Positions 1 through 9,390 of a stretch of 64,000 bases of DNA are shown in pieces. This stretch comes from Nitrososphaerales archaeon (GTDB taxonomy: Archaea > Thermoproteota > Nitrososphaeria > Nitrososphaerales > UBA213). A program made the position numbers and the translations under genes. The DNA is taken from assembly GCA_965197925.1 (NCBI GenBank), contig CBDAOC010000019.1, positions 352,001 through 416,000 on the forward strand, in the 5' to 3' direction. Position 1 is the stretch's first letter; every line of letters begins with the position of its first letter. Below the pieces are notes generated by a model, which did not search any database, had not been told where the DNA came from, and saw nothing but the letters and a program-made list of their open reading frames with translations.

Positions 1-2
1 AC

Positions 3-947
3 ATAATATTAAGAGACCTGGAGCGGCTAAATGAATGCTATACTCGTGTCAATAAATCTCCCTTGGGTGCAGTCGCGATTGCAGGAACTTCAATAAAAAT
101 AAATCGAAAGACGGTGGCATCTTTACTAGGATTTGATGGTATTGTAGAAAATTCCATTGATGCAACTACTTCGAGGGATGTGACAATTGAATTGTGTTTT
201 TGTCTTGCAATGTTAATGCTCAACATGAGTAGAATAGCAGAAGACTTTATTCTTTGGTCTTCCTCAGAATTCAATTTCATCCAACTTGCAGATGAACTAA
301 CATCGAGCTCGAGTGTGATGCCACAAAAGAAGAATCCATGTCCACTAGAACTATTGAGAGCGAAGGTAGCACATGTAGTTGGATTGTTATTCAGTGTAAT
401 GATGACGATAAAGGCTCTCCCAACTGGGTACAGTAGGGACCTACAGGATTCAAAACAGATACTGTTTCAAGCAATAGCAATTACGAGTGAATCGGTGAAC
501 ATTATGTGTTCTGTAATGGATACTTTGCAGGTAAATAGGAATTCAATGTTAAGATCGGCAGAGAACAGCTACGCCATTTCACTTGATGTGGCAGAAGAGC
601 TGGTAAGGGCTGGACTGCCATTTAGGGAAGCTCATAGGATAGTTGGGGCATTAGTAAGATTAGCATCCAGTAAAGGGAAAAATCTACAAAGTTTAACGGA
701 GGGTGAAATCAACATGGCGGCTGGACAAAAGTTAGTATCAGTGTTGAGTAATACTCTAGGGAAAATAAATGCTAAATATTCAGTTCACTCGAGGATATCT
801 AGAGGTTCCCCTCATCCCAGAGAACAGGACCGCATGATAAAGAGCAGAAAAACAATGGTAGGGATCTATCAGCAAAAAATAGGGGAGCGTGTGGAGTATG
901 TTAGCAGAGCTTTCAAACAATTGAGGAAAAGAGTAAAATCCTTCTAA
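3..947 (+). CDS. argH: Argininosuccinate lyase (5' part outside window)
   Basis: Frame is open from base 3 (IILRDLERLNECYTRVNKSPLGAVAIAGT). Signature SSSVMPQKKNP and C-terminal GLPFREAHRIVG. Confidence 0.95.
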   Translation: MILRDLERLNECYTRVNKSPLGAVAIAGTSIKINRKTVASLLGFDGIVENSIDATTSRDVTIELCFCLAMLMLNMSRIAEDFILWSSSEFNFIQLADELTSSSSVMPQKKNPCPLELLRAKVAHVVGLLFSVMMTIKALPTGYSRDLQDSKQILFQAIAITSESVNIMCSVMDTLQVNRNSMLRSAENSYAISLDVAEELVRAGLPFREAHRIVGALVRLASSKGKNLQSLTEGEINMAAGQKLVSVLSNTLGKINAKYSVHSRISRGSPHPREQDRMIKSRKTMVGIYQQKIGERVEYVSRAFKQLRKRVKSF

Positions 948-975
948 AATACCAGGGAATCAGTAGATCAATTAA

Positions 976-1039
976 CATGAGAGCTCTGGTAGGAGAGGCA
1001 AAATGGGGCCTCTCCACCAAACAGGGCTCATAGGTCATG
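976..1039. ncRNA. Candidate structured RNA or terminator-like long hairpin between convergent argH and tfuA
   Basis: Nested complementary segments CATGA/TCATG, GAGCTCT/AGGGCTC, GGT/ACC and GGAGAGGC/GCCTCTCC. GC-rich relative to the AT-rich flank. Confidence 0.4.
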
Positions 1040-1195
1040 GTGTGGGTCTGGTTTGGGCTTATTACACCCATTTCTATATCACTAGTGATTAATATAATTA
1101 TTTCGAATGAAAATTATGGTAAACTTGTGCTACAAATATTGACCAAGTAATTTAATAATTTGACCACAAACATCCCCGAAATTAATATTGGATTA

Positions 1196-1867
1196 TCAAC
1201 AATTGTTTTCTTTCAAAGATTCCAGGTACTGGTGTTTTACGAATTGAATTAACTTGATTGCATCCTCCTCCTTCAAGCTTTTTCTATGAGTTTTCACATA
1301 TTGCTCCATGCGTTCAAGCACTTGATCTTCTACTATTCCTTTTGCTCTATTGAACAGTTCTCCATAAGTTCGATCTGGAAAGTAGATACGTTTTGCAGTT
1401 TTCTTCAAGATCCTCTTTGTCTCCCCGTCTATTATTCCATCTTTGCAAGCATGATATAATGTATAGCGAATGTCAATCAAAGCTTCAGATTCTAATTTGT
1501 AATTTTGTATTGAAAAGGTAACTGCCACTTCATCATCTGAATCTAATATACCTTTTTTATAAAGTTCGAATATTTTTCCTATACCCTTCATTCCAAATTT
1601 TTCCAGCTCTACAGCACGCAATGCTCCTAAGCTTGCTGCTCCAATTACAAATACATCCTTCTTTTTCAATAATTTGTAAACTTCAATTGGTGTGGGAGGG
1701 TAATCTTGTAGAAAAACACCGTCTATGAATCCTATTAATTGGGCATCTGTTTTTAGAATTTCATTAAAATCCCCCTTTCTAGCTGGTGGCCTGAAATCTG
1801 CAAAAGGGAGTATTCTCTTGGCCAACTCCAGTTTCAAACTTGGACCCAAAAAAATGATAGGTAACAT
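1196..1867 (-). CDS. tfuA: TfuA-like protein (partner of thioamide-forming YcaO)
   Basis: IFLGPSL, PPARKGD, GFIDGVF, GAASLGALRAVEL and DDEVAV motifs. Likely start is ATG 1867 after a purine-rich AGGTAGGT; the track's 1936 start overlaps ycaO. Confidence 0.92.
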   Translation of the reverse strand: MLPIIFLGPSLKLELAKRILPFADFRPPARKGDFNEILKTDAQLIGFIDGVFLQDYPPTPIEVYKLLKKKDVFVIGAASLGALRAVELEKFGMKGIGKIFELYKKGILDSDDEVAVTFSIQNYKLESEALIDIRYTLYHACKDGIIDGETKRILKKTAKRIYFPDRTYGELFNRAKGIVEDQVLERMEQYVKTHRKSLKEEDAIKLIQFVKHQYLESLKENNC

Positions 1868-1886
1868 GATATACCTACCTACCTTC

Positions 1887-3221
1887 CTAATACCTTGGCC
1901 TACGAAAATATCGTCTGGCACGCTTTCCAATGACACCTTTCGTGACCTTAAATGTCTCCAAACCAGGTATTATTACCCTTACAACCGGGATTCCGATTTC
2001 CTCATCCGTTAAGTTAACTACAACTGCTCTGTCAACTCCAATTTCCTTAAGGTTACGGAGTAGCAGTTGTATATCATCAAGAATGTCAATATTTTCGAAT
2101 GTTCTCACCATATGAAAATTTTCCCTTTTCGAAGAAGGCATGAAAAGCCATGATTTAGTTTCTGCTGTATTACCCATTTCATAATTCATTCTACGAAGAT
2201 CATCCCGGGCTCCTTGGATATTAGCAGCCCTGGTCTGCGAAACTTCTGTTATTGCCCTTACTAATGCAATTCTTGCATCAGGATGTGTACCATGCCCTTC
2301 AGCCAAGTAGCCATAATCATGTGTAATCCATTGCACGCTTGTAGCGATAAAAGTTGGTATACCAATATCAGTTGTTATATCCTTAAGCAACAGAGGGATA
2401 TTTTCATCTAAGAACCTGCGTAATAATAATTCAATGTGGTTTGAATCTGTTCCAGAAGTATCAATGTCGGGAAAAATATTTGGATCGTCGACATATTCTT
2501 TTGATTCCAGTGGTTTTACATTGAAGCCATTATACTTGACTGAATCAATTAGGGAGCGTAAAACATGAAAATTAATTACGCTTGATCTAAGTTCGGCCAA
2601 GCTGACCGCGTCTCTCTCTATTACTTCACATAAGGCATGGCATATAGCCTCCTCCATAACATTACCAGATGCTAAACCATTGGTGTGAGAGAACTGGAAG
2701 GGATTAACGGGAATACCCCAAGGTTCATATCTTGATTGGCTAATACCTGCAGGAACAAAGACTTTCTCAGCCGTAAATAAATCCATACCTACCATGAAAT
2801 CTAGAGGGGAATCATCAACATAAGGAAACTTTAACGGCTCAAGCACATCATCTGGATGTATAACATATTTATTTCCATATTCTTTTGCCATGCTCTCATA
2901 GCTTTCAGTGATGTACCTATCGGTTTTCCTTGGTAGTGAACTATACCTCTCAACACTCTCCATTAATGCGCTTGTTTTTGCATGTGATTTAGTTGGCCCT
3001 TTACCGCTGTAAACCCAAATGTAATCCTGAGTACCAGGCAAAACTGCTGAATAATTCGGAATTCTTAGAACATCCATATGTGTAATATCAGCCAACCTTG
3101 TCACCCCAATTTTCTTACCAATTTGTTCTGCATGTGATAGCGTATCTTTTATTGGATATACTCTTGAGGAACCATCTGCCCACTTTCTTCTACTCTGAAG
3201 CTGTATAATGCCTCTTGACAT
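1887..3221 (-). CDS. ycaO: YcaO-family ATP-dependent backbone amide-activating enzyme, TfuA-associated
   Basis: GVTRLADIT, SGKG..SALMESVER, TNGLASGN..ALCEVIERDA, RAITEVSQTR and IPVVRVIIPGLE motifs. No C-terminal PxPxP. Directly upstream of tfuA. Confidence 0.93.
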   Translation of the reverse strand: MSRGIIQLQSRRKWADGSSRVYPIKDTLSHAEQIGKKIGVTRLADITHMDVLRIPNYSAVLPGTQDYIWVYSGKGPTKSHAKTSALMESVERYSSLPRKTDRYITESYESMAKEYGNKYVIHPDDVLEPLKFPYVDDSPLDFMVGMDLFTAEKVFVPAGISQSRYEPWGIPVNPFQFSHTNGLASGNVMEEAICHALCEVIERDAVSLAELRSSVINFHVLRSLIDSVKYNGFNVKPLESKEYVDDPNIFPDIDTSGTDSNHIELLLRRFLDENIPLLLKDITTDIGIPTFIATSVQWITHDYGYLAEGHGTHPDARIALVRAITEVSQTRAANIQGARDDLRRMNYEMGNTAETKSWLFMPSSKRENFHMVRTFENIDILDDIQLLLRNLKEIGVDRAVVVNLTDEEIGIPVVRVIIPGLETFKVTKGVIGKRARRYFRRPRY

Positions 3222-3307
3222 GAATTTTATTTTTTTGATGGTTATTAATGTCTATACAAAATACAAAATAATTAATAAGAATAAAAACCAGTTGATCAGA
3301 GATCCTT

Positions 3308-3481
3308 TTGGATAAGAATGAAACAGAGGTTCTGAATTCAATTTTTACTAAGATGGCGAAAGATCCTGAATTTAGGAACAAATTATTCAATGAACCATTG
3401 GAAGTTCTTGCAAAATTCGAAATATCTGAAAAGGCAAAAAACCTAATAGCGGATACCATCAATAATATTCTTAACCAATGA
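3308..3481 (+). CDS. 57-aa NHLP-leader-like peptide (not in ORF track)
   Basis: TTG start, MDKNETEVLNSIFTKMAKDPEFRNKLFNEPLEVLAKFEISEKAKNLIADTINNILNQ*. DPEFRxxLxxxPxxxL resembles nitrile-hydratase-like leader peptides. Divergent from ycaO. Confidence 0.7.
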   Translation: MDKNETEVLNSIFTKMAKDPEFRNKLFNEPLEVLAKFEISEKAKNLIADTINNILNQ

Positions 3482-3701
3482 TTGAATTAGATTTGTTTCC
3501 AGATAATTTATTTTGATTCTTATAGCGAAACCTCTCTGAAAAGTTCTACAATAAATTAAACCTGTCATGAACTTGGATTAACATCGACAATACTTTATCA
3601 ATGGAGTCGTAACTGTTTCTGGTGCTATATAGAGAAAGAAATGAACAATTTTCCTAAAATGAATTATTTTAGATTCCAGATATTTATAGAAAATTCACTT
3701 T

Positions 3702-4778
3702 TCAGGAATGACTTTCCTTGAAATAGGGAATGACTTCGTTTCCGAATAGTTCAATATGCTTATAGTAACCGCTTCCCCAAAATCTTATAATAAAATGCTT
3801 TACCCCTGCTTTTATGAATCGCTCGAATATAGGTATAATATCATCAGGTTTGCCCACTGCTATAGCTGATCGTGCGACCTCATCCGGGATGATTTGAGCT
3901 TCTTCTCTCATTTTAATCATAATATCTTTTTTTGACATTGAATACTCCGTAAAGTACTTTCGAAAATCAAATTCAGCTTTAGCTTCAATATTATGAATTT
4001 TTAGGACTTCTGGCTTGTACAAGCTAACTTTAAGGGGATTTTTCAATCTTGGCCATGCCTCTTCTGGGTCATCAGAAAAGTACACATCAATATCTAGACC
4101 AAAGTCTATCTTCTCCGGATCACGCCCAGCCTCTTTTGCAGCATTGGTAATAATCTGTGCATGATGCTCGTACAGTTCCGGTGTATACGCTATCGGTAAC
4201 CAACCATCACCAAACTTTCCTACTAATGAAAGTGTTCTAGGAGCACCGGCCGCCAAATACATAGGAGGTTTAGGATTTCTTATTGATTTGGTTTGTAGAC
4301 AGGCATTATTCAACTTGTAAAACTTTCCGTTGAAACTCACCCTGTTATCAGGAGACGAATTGAAAAGCAATGAGATTATTTGTAATTGTTCCTCAAAACG
4401 ACCTACAGGTTTATCCCACAATATACCAAAGTCATTTATGTTCTGTGCCTCACCAGCACCAATACCAAGTATTGCTCGTCCTTGAGATAATCTATCAAGG
4501 GTAATAGTCTGTAACGCCACGGTAGAGGGATGTCTTCTTACCGCATCCGTAACGCATGTTCCTAATTCAACATTTTTTGTAACCTGAGAAACTACAGAAA
4601 GAAATATCCATGCATCATTTATTATAGCCTTAGACCATTGAGGAACATTAGTATGGTCCATTATCCAGACTGAATCATAGTTCATTTTGTCAGCAAGTAT
4701 ACATGCTGTTAGCTGCTGGTCTTCATTAAGCCCTAACCTAGCAACATTCAGTCCTTGTTGAACCCCAAATTTGACCAT
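3702..4778 (-). CDS. LLM-class (luciferase-like, probably F420-dependent) oxidoreductase
   Basis: YDSVWIMDH, VELGTCVT..RRHP, TLDRLSQGRAILGIGAG and GDGWLP motifs. Confidence 0.88.
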   Translation of the reverse strand: MVKFGVQQGLNVARLGLNEDQQLTACILADKMNYDSVWIMDHTNVPQWSKAIINDAWIFLSVVSQVTKNVELGTCVTDAVRRHPSTVALQTITLDRLSQGRAILGIGAGEAQNINDFGILWDKPVGRFEEQLQIISLLFNSSPDNRVSFNGKFYKLNNACLQTKSIRNPKPPMYLAAGAPRTLSLVGKFGDGWLPIAYTPELYEHHAQIITNAAKEAGRDPEKIDFGLDIDVYFSDDPEEAWPRLKNPLKVSLYKPEVLKIHNIEAKAEFDFRKYFTEYSMSKKDIMIKMREEAQIIPDEVARSAIAVGKPDDIIPIFERFIKAGVKHFIIRFWGSGYYKHIELFGNEVIPYFKESHS

Positions 4779-4790
4779 GAGGGAGCTCCT

Positions 4791-5897
4791 CTATTTTGAT
4801 AATTGCCCACTCGGCGTTACTATTACCTTCATTCCCTTCCTACCCTTCACAACATCAATTGCTTGGTTTATTTCTTTGAGTGGGAATTGATGTGTGACCA
4901 TTTCCACAAAGGGATATTTCTCCCATTTCTTGGACATGAAGTTCACAAATTCATATTCATGTCTTGGTATTTTTGAATAGGAACCTATGATGGATATCTG
5001 TCTGCTGGTTATAAAGTAGGGATTTATCGGAGAAGGTCCATAATCTGCATAAGCACCAAGTTCAAGAACCCTGCCACCATCCCGAACCATATCTATGGCT
5101 TCCGGTAGCGCCTTTGGATTGCCAGTACAATCCATAACCACATCTGGGCCATGCCCTCCACTTGACTCCTTGATTTTTTTTACTCTTTCTTTTTGATCAC
5201 CAAGTGATTTGATATCAATAACTTCATCTGCACCCATTTTCTTTGCAAATTCCAACCTTTCTGCAGAGTCAATACCTATTACGTGCCTAGCACCTCTTTC
5301 TTTAGCCATAATTATTGCAAATGAACCTACAGGACCAGTTCCCTGTACAGCCACAACATCGTCAAAATCTATCCTAACGTTTTCAACTGCAGCTATTACC
5401 GTAGGACCGGCACAACCAACAGAGGCCAATGCTATGGTAGGCAAACTGTCAGGAAGTTTGAATGTTGTAACTTGAGGTGAGAGATAAATATATTCGGCAA
5501 AACCCCCCTCAAGATGAGGTGGTTTATCGGATGGTGTACTCAAACCTATTGCTTTTCTATTTATGCACCTTGTTCTCGTTCCTTTCATACAGTAAAAACA
5601 TCGACCACATGTTATACCCAAAGCCCAGTATATCCTATCCCCCTCTTTAATTGGATTACCAACACTGTCAGTCGTAACACCCTCACCGAGTCTTTCAACG
5701 ATGCCAACGCTTTCATGCCCCAATATTATCGGCACCGGTACCCATGGTACCTTTCCAGAAACTACATGAACATCTGTTCCGCAAATACCTGCACTAATTA
5801 TCTTTGCAAGTATAGCACCTTCTTTTGGTTCAGGTTTGGGAAATTCTTTTAATTCTAATGGCTCATCATTTTTATTGAAGACTGCCGCAAGCACCAT
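4791..5897 (-). CDS. Zinc-dependent alcohol dehydrogenase (MDR family)
   Basis: GICGTDVH, GHE, structural Zn CGRCFYC..C and GTGPVG Rossmann motif. Confidence 0.92.
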   Translation of the reverse strand: MVLAAVFNKNDEPLELKEFPKPEPKEGAILAKIISAGICGTDVHVVSGKVPWVPVPIILGHESVGIVERLGEGVTTDSVGNPIKEGDRIYWALGITCGRCFYCMKGTRTRCINRKAIGLSTPSDKPPHLEGGFAEYIYLSPQVTTFKLPDSLPTIALASVGCAGPTVIAAVENVRIDFDDVVAVQGTGPVGSFAIIMAKERGARHVIGIDSAERLEFAKKMGADEVIDIKSLGDQKERVKKIKESSGGHGPDVVMDCTGNPKALPEAIDMVRDGGRVLELGAYADYGPSPINPYFITSRQISIIGSYSKIPRHEYEFVNFMSKKWEKYPFVEMVTHQFPLKEINQAIDVVKGRKGMKVIVTPSGQLSK

Positions 5898-6002
5898 GTT
5901 ATTGCTTTTTCATTGGCGCAACTATTTAAATATTGTAAACACAACGATTTCCTTTTTTAGTTCAAGATATCTGATTCTCGAGTAAGAAGTAATTATATTT
6001 AA

Positions 6003-6677
6003 ATGGTAAAGATATTCTTGTTCATAATGCAAAGAAAAAGTGAGATTATGGTTAAACAGACCTGTCTTCAAGACATTGATGCCATAGTGGCGTTACAGAA
6101 AGAATCCTTCCCAGGCCTTAGCGAGATAGGTGTTGTCTGGAGACCAGAACATTTGCAAAGACAAATCCAAATATTCCCAGAAGGACAGCATTGTGTAATC
6201 TATAATGGGGAAACTGTAGGTTCAGCAAGCAGTTTAATTGTGGATTTAGGAGATGACCAATATAGGTACCATACTTGGAAGGAGGTCACCGGGGATAGTT
6301 TCTTTGACAATCACAATGCAAAAGGTGATAGTCTGTATAGAGCTGACATTTCTGTGCATCCAAAGTATCGAAGACTAAATATCGCTACTAGGATGTATCA
6401 AGCAAGAAAAGCGCTTGCAAAAAAACTGAACTTAAGAAGGATCATTGCAGGTGGAAAACTCTACAATTACTGTGAATACACTTCTGAAATGTCTGCTGAT
6501 GAGTATACACTCAAAGTTTTGAAAGGCGAGATCTCAGATCCTGTGTTGTGCTTCCAGTTGAAAGCCGGTTTCAAAGTGATCAAATTATTACCCAACTACT
6601 TGCGTGATCCACGGTCCTTAAATTTTGCTACATTTATAGAATGGATAAATCCGGATTATAAAATGAAAACAAGATGA
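6003..6677 (+). CDS. GNAT-family N-acetyltransferase (start may be 6027)
   Basis: ISVHPKYRRLNIA acetyl-CoA motif, DPVLxFQL..GF and LPNYL.D..S motifs typical of GNATs paired with CN hydrolases. Confidence 0.85.
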   Translation: MVKIFLFIMQRKSEIMVKQTCLQDIDAIVALQKESFPGLSEIGVVWRPEHLQRQIQIFPEGQHCVIYNGETVGSASSLIVDLGDDQYRYHTWKEVTGDSFFDNHNAKGDSLYRADISVHPKYRRLNIATRMYQARKALAKKLNLRRIIAGGKLYNYCEYTSEMSADEYTLKVLKGEISDPVLCFQLKAGFKVIKLLPNYLRDPRSLNFATFIEWINPDYKMKTR

Positions 6678-7556
6678 ATAGTAAATCAATTAGAGTTGCA
6701 TTGGTTCAGTATGGAATGCGGAAAATCAGTAATTTTGGAGAATTCTCAATCCAGGTAGAGTATTTCGTTTCAACGGCAAAAGATTACAAGGCTGATTATG
6801 TTATTTTTCCAGAGCTTTTAACTCAACAGCTTTTATCCTTTATAAGAGCAAAAGATCCTCAAGTTGCAATACGACGTGTTGCCAGTTATACAAGAGATTA
6901 TATCCAAACATTCAAAAGATTGGCGAAGGAGTACAAGTTATTCGTTATTGGAGGTTCCCACCCGACCCCAGTAAATGGGGGACCACAATACATCATATCT
7001 GTTTACGCCTTCTGGCAAATATTACAGACAAGATAAGATGCATATTACTCCTGACGAGCGGATTTGGTAGGGGTTCAAAGGAGGTAATTCCTTCAATATC
7101 TTTGATACGGGAAAGGCAAAGATCGCCATATCGATCTGTTATGATATTGAATTTCCTGAAATTGCCAGGATATTGAGCTCTAGGGGAGTTCAAGCTATAT
7201 TTGTTCCCTTTATGACCGATGAGAGAAAGGCCTATCTACGCATTAGATATTGTGCACATGCGCGAGCAATAGAAAACCAGATTTATGTCGCGATGGCTGG
7301 CACGGTCGGTAATTTACCACATTCTGAACATATGGATTTACAATATGCGCAGTCTGCAGTGGTTACCCCATCAGACTTTCCATTTGCGAGGGACGGGGTT
7401 GCCGCTGAGGCTAGCCTAAATACAGAAACGATGGTTGTTTGCGATCTTGATTTGGGACTTCTGCAAAAAGCCAGAAACAATGGTACAGTTACTCAAATGA
7501 AAGATCTCAGGCGAGATCTATACAATCTTTCAATAAATGCAATAAACTGCAATTGA
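6674..7556 (+). pseudogene. Carbon-nitrogen hydrolase (nitrilase family), disrupted
   Basis: IFPE, K(MH) and ICYDIEFPE triad motifs are spread over two frames. Frameshift near 6975-6990 and in-frame TAG at 7068-7070. Confidence 0.85.
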
Positions 7557-7646
7557 ACAGTTTTAAGACTAGTCAACATATCATCATACAATTATCAATT
7601 TTCGTTGAATATCTGCATAAAAAATATACATTTAAAAGGTAAAATA

Positions 7647-7859
7647 ATGTTAATCAAAGCCGATGAGGAATTTATGAAAATGGTTGATGAACTTGTCGGG
7701 TTAGCTGAGACCGACGAAGAATTGTGTGCTGGAATAAAATGGATTGATAATGAATCAAAGAAATTGGAAATCTCATTTTACGACATGTTCCTAATCGTTA
7801 TACAGAGACATATTGCCGACGAAAAGGCCAAAGAGTGGTTAAAAGGAAGACATTCATAG
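7647..7859 (+). CDS. Small hypothetical protein
   Basis: 70-aa ORF from ATG 7647 with TTTAAA about 16 bp upstream; protein-like composition; convergent with gltA. Confidence 0.6.
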   Translation: MLIKADEEFMKMVDELVGLAETDEELCAGIKWIDNESKKLEISFYDMFLIVIQRHIADEKAKEWLKGRHS

Positions 7860-7863
7860 GAAG

Positions 7864-9033
7864 CTATGATCTTCGTTTTTGAAGAGGTAAGAACTCACAC
7901 CCTAAAGGACCACAGTATTTACCTACATATGAAGCAGTTGGTCTATACAGCATAGGTTTTGGCTGTGCTTCAGCAAACTTCTCTTCTATAACATGGGCAG
8001 TCCATCCAGCCATTCTTGCCATAGCAAATATGGATGTGTTGAGATCGAGCTCTATACCTATCATATAGTATACCGATGCAGAGTACAAATCAACATTGGC
8101 AAATATATTTACTTTCTTTCTTTTCTTCATCTCCTTTTTTGTGACATCCTCTAGTTTTTTCGAAATATCATACCATGGAGATTTCAGTTTTGTAGCAAGT
8201 TGTCTAGACATCTCCCTTAAGACCACCGCCCGTGGATCATCCGTTTTGTAAACAGCGTGACCCATTCCCATTATTCTTTTACCCTCATCAAATTTTGTCC
8301 GCACCCAGTCTTCCACATTTTCCACCTTGCCTATTTTTAGTAACGCCTTCATGACTTTGACGTTAGCACCCCCATGCAATTCTCCAGATAGGGCTCCGAT
8401 GGCAGCAGCTATTGAAGCATACATATGTGCCCTAGTTGACACTACCTCACGGGCAGCAAAAGTTGAAGCATTAAAACTATGCTCAGTATGCAGAATTAAA
8501 CATATATCAAGATTTTTTACAATTTCTTCACTAGGTTCTTTACCAGTAAGCATGTACAGAAAGTTCGCTGAATGATCAAGTTTCTTTGAAGGTTTAACTA
8601 GAGGTAAGTTTTTCCTAATTCTGGACCATGCTGCTATCATTGTGGGAAAACTGGCTAAAAGATTAATTGCCCTCTCATGGTTAGCCTCTTTTGAATCATC
8701 GGCAATGTTTTCATCATAATCAGCAAGCATTGAAACGCAGGATTGAAACACATCCATAGACAATGCCGATTTTGGCCTATCCTGCATGGATCTCACTAAT
8801 GATGATGGGAGATTCCTTTTCGAAATTAATTTAGATTTGAAATTCTCAATATCAGCCTTTGTAGGTAAGTCACCAAATAACAAGAGATACGCCGTTTCTT
8901 CAAAGTTTGTATTTCTTACTAAATCAAATATATCAAATCCACGGTAGATTAATCTACCATTCCTTGAGTCTATAGCACAGATCTTTGTATCTGCAACCTC
9001 AATATTTCTTAAGCCTATGTTCTTCGCGCTCAA
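7864..9033 (-). CDS. gltA: Citrate synthase (or 2-methylcitrate synthase)
   Basis: GRLIYRG, HTEHSFNASTF, GELHGGAN, MGMGHAVYKTDDPR and ANVDLY motifs. Confidence 0.93.
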   Translation of the reverse strand: MSAKNIGLRNIEVADTKICAIDSRNGRLIYRGFDIFDLVRNTNFEETAYLLLFGDLPTKADIENFKSKLISKRNLPSSLVRSMQDRPKSALSMDVFQSCVSMLADYDENIADDSKEANHERAINLLASFPTMIAAWSRIRKNLPLVKPSKKLDHSANFLYMLTGKEPSEEIVKNLDICLILHTEHSFNASTFAAREVVSTRAHMYASIAAAIGALSGELHGGANVKVMKALLKIGKVENVEDWVRTKFDEGKRIMGMGHAVYKTDDPRAVVLREMSRQLATKLKSPWYDISKKLEDVTKKEMKKRKKVNIFANVDLYSASVYYMIGIELDLNTSIFAMARMAGWTAHVIEEKFAEAQPKPMLYRPTASYVGKYCGPLGCEFLPLQKRRS

Positions 9034-9390
9034 GATAATAGTTATAGCATTTCTTTCTATATTAAGGTGGTGTGTTTTATTAGCTATAGATTGATGAACT
9101 CATGTAACAAAATTGTTTGACCAAAAATACATATTTCCAGTATATTGAGATAATCAAAGACAGGTAGAAAGGGATTAGATCAATTTGCACAATGAATTTA
9201 GTATATAACGTTATCTACATTATCCACCAGGCTATCAATCGATGAACTTTATTAGACAGATTTATTATCTAAGGAATTAACATGCCATTGTGAAAATCGA
9301 ATTTAAGAATGTTTTCGATTAGACTTGCATTAGCCTAAACAAATGCTTGTTAAGTAATTCCCAAAATAACATATACTATGGTTCTGCTTA

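Noticed and set aside
3190..3462. 90-aa minus-strand ORF in the track
   Set aside because: It is the antisense shadow of the more convincing plus-strand NHLP-like ORF at 3308-3481.
7068..7070. Pyrrolysine/readthrough TAG in the nitrilase gene
   Set aside because: The gene also has a frameshift, and no pyl genes are visible; simple decay is more likely.
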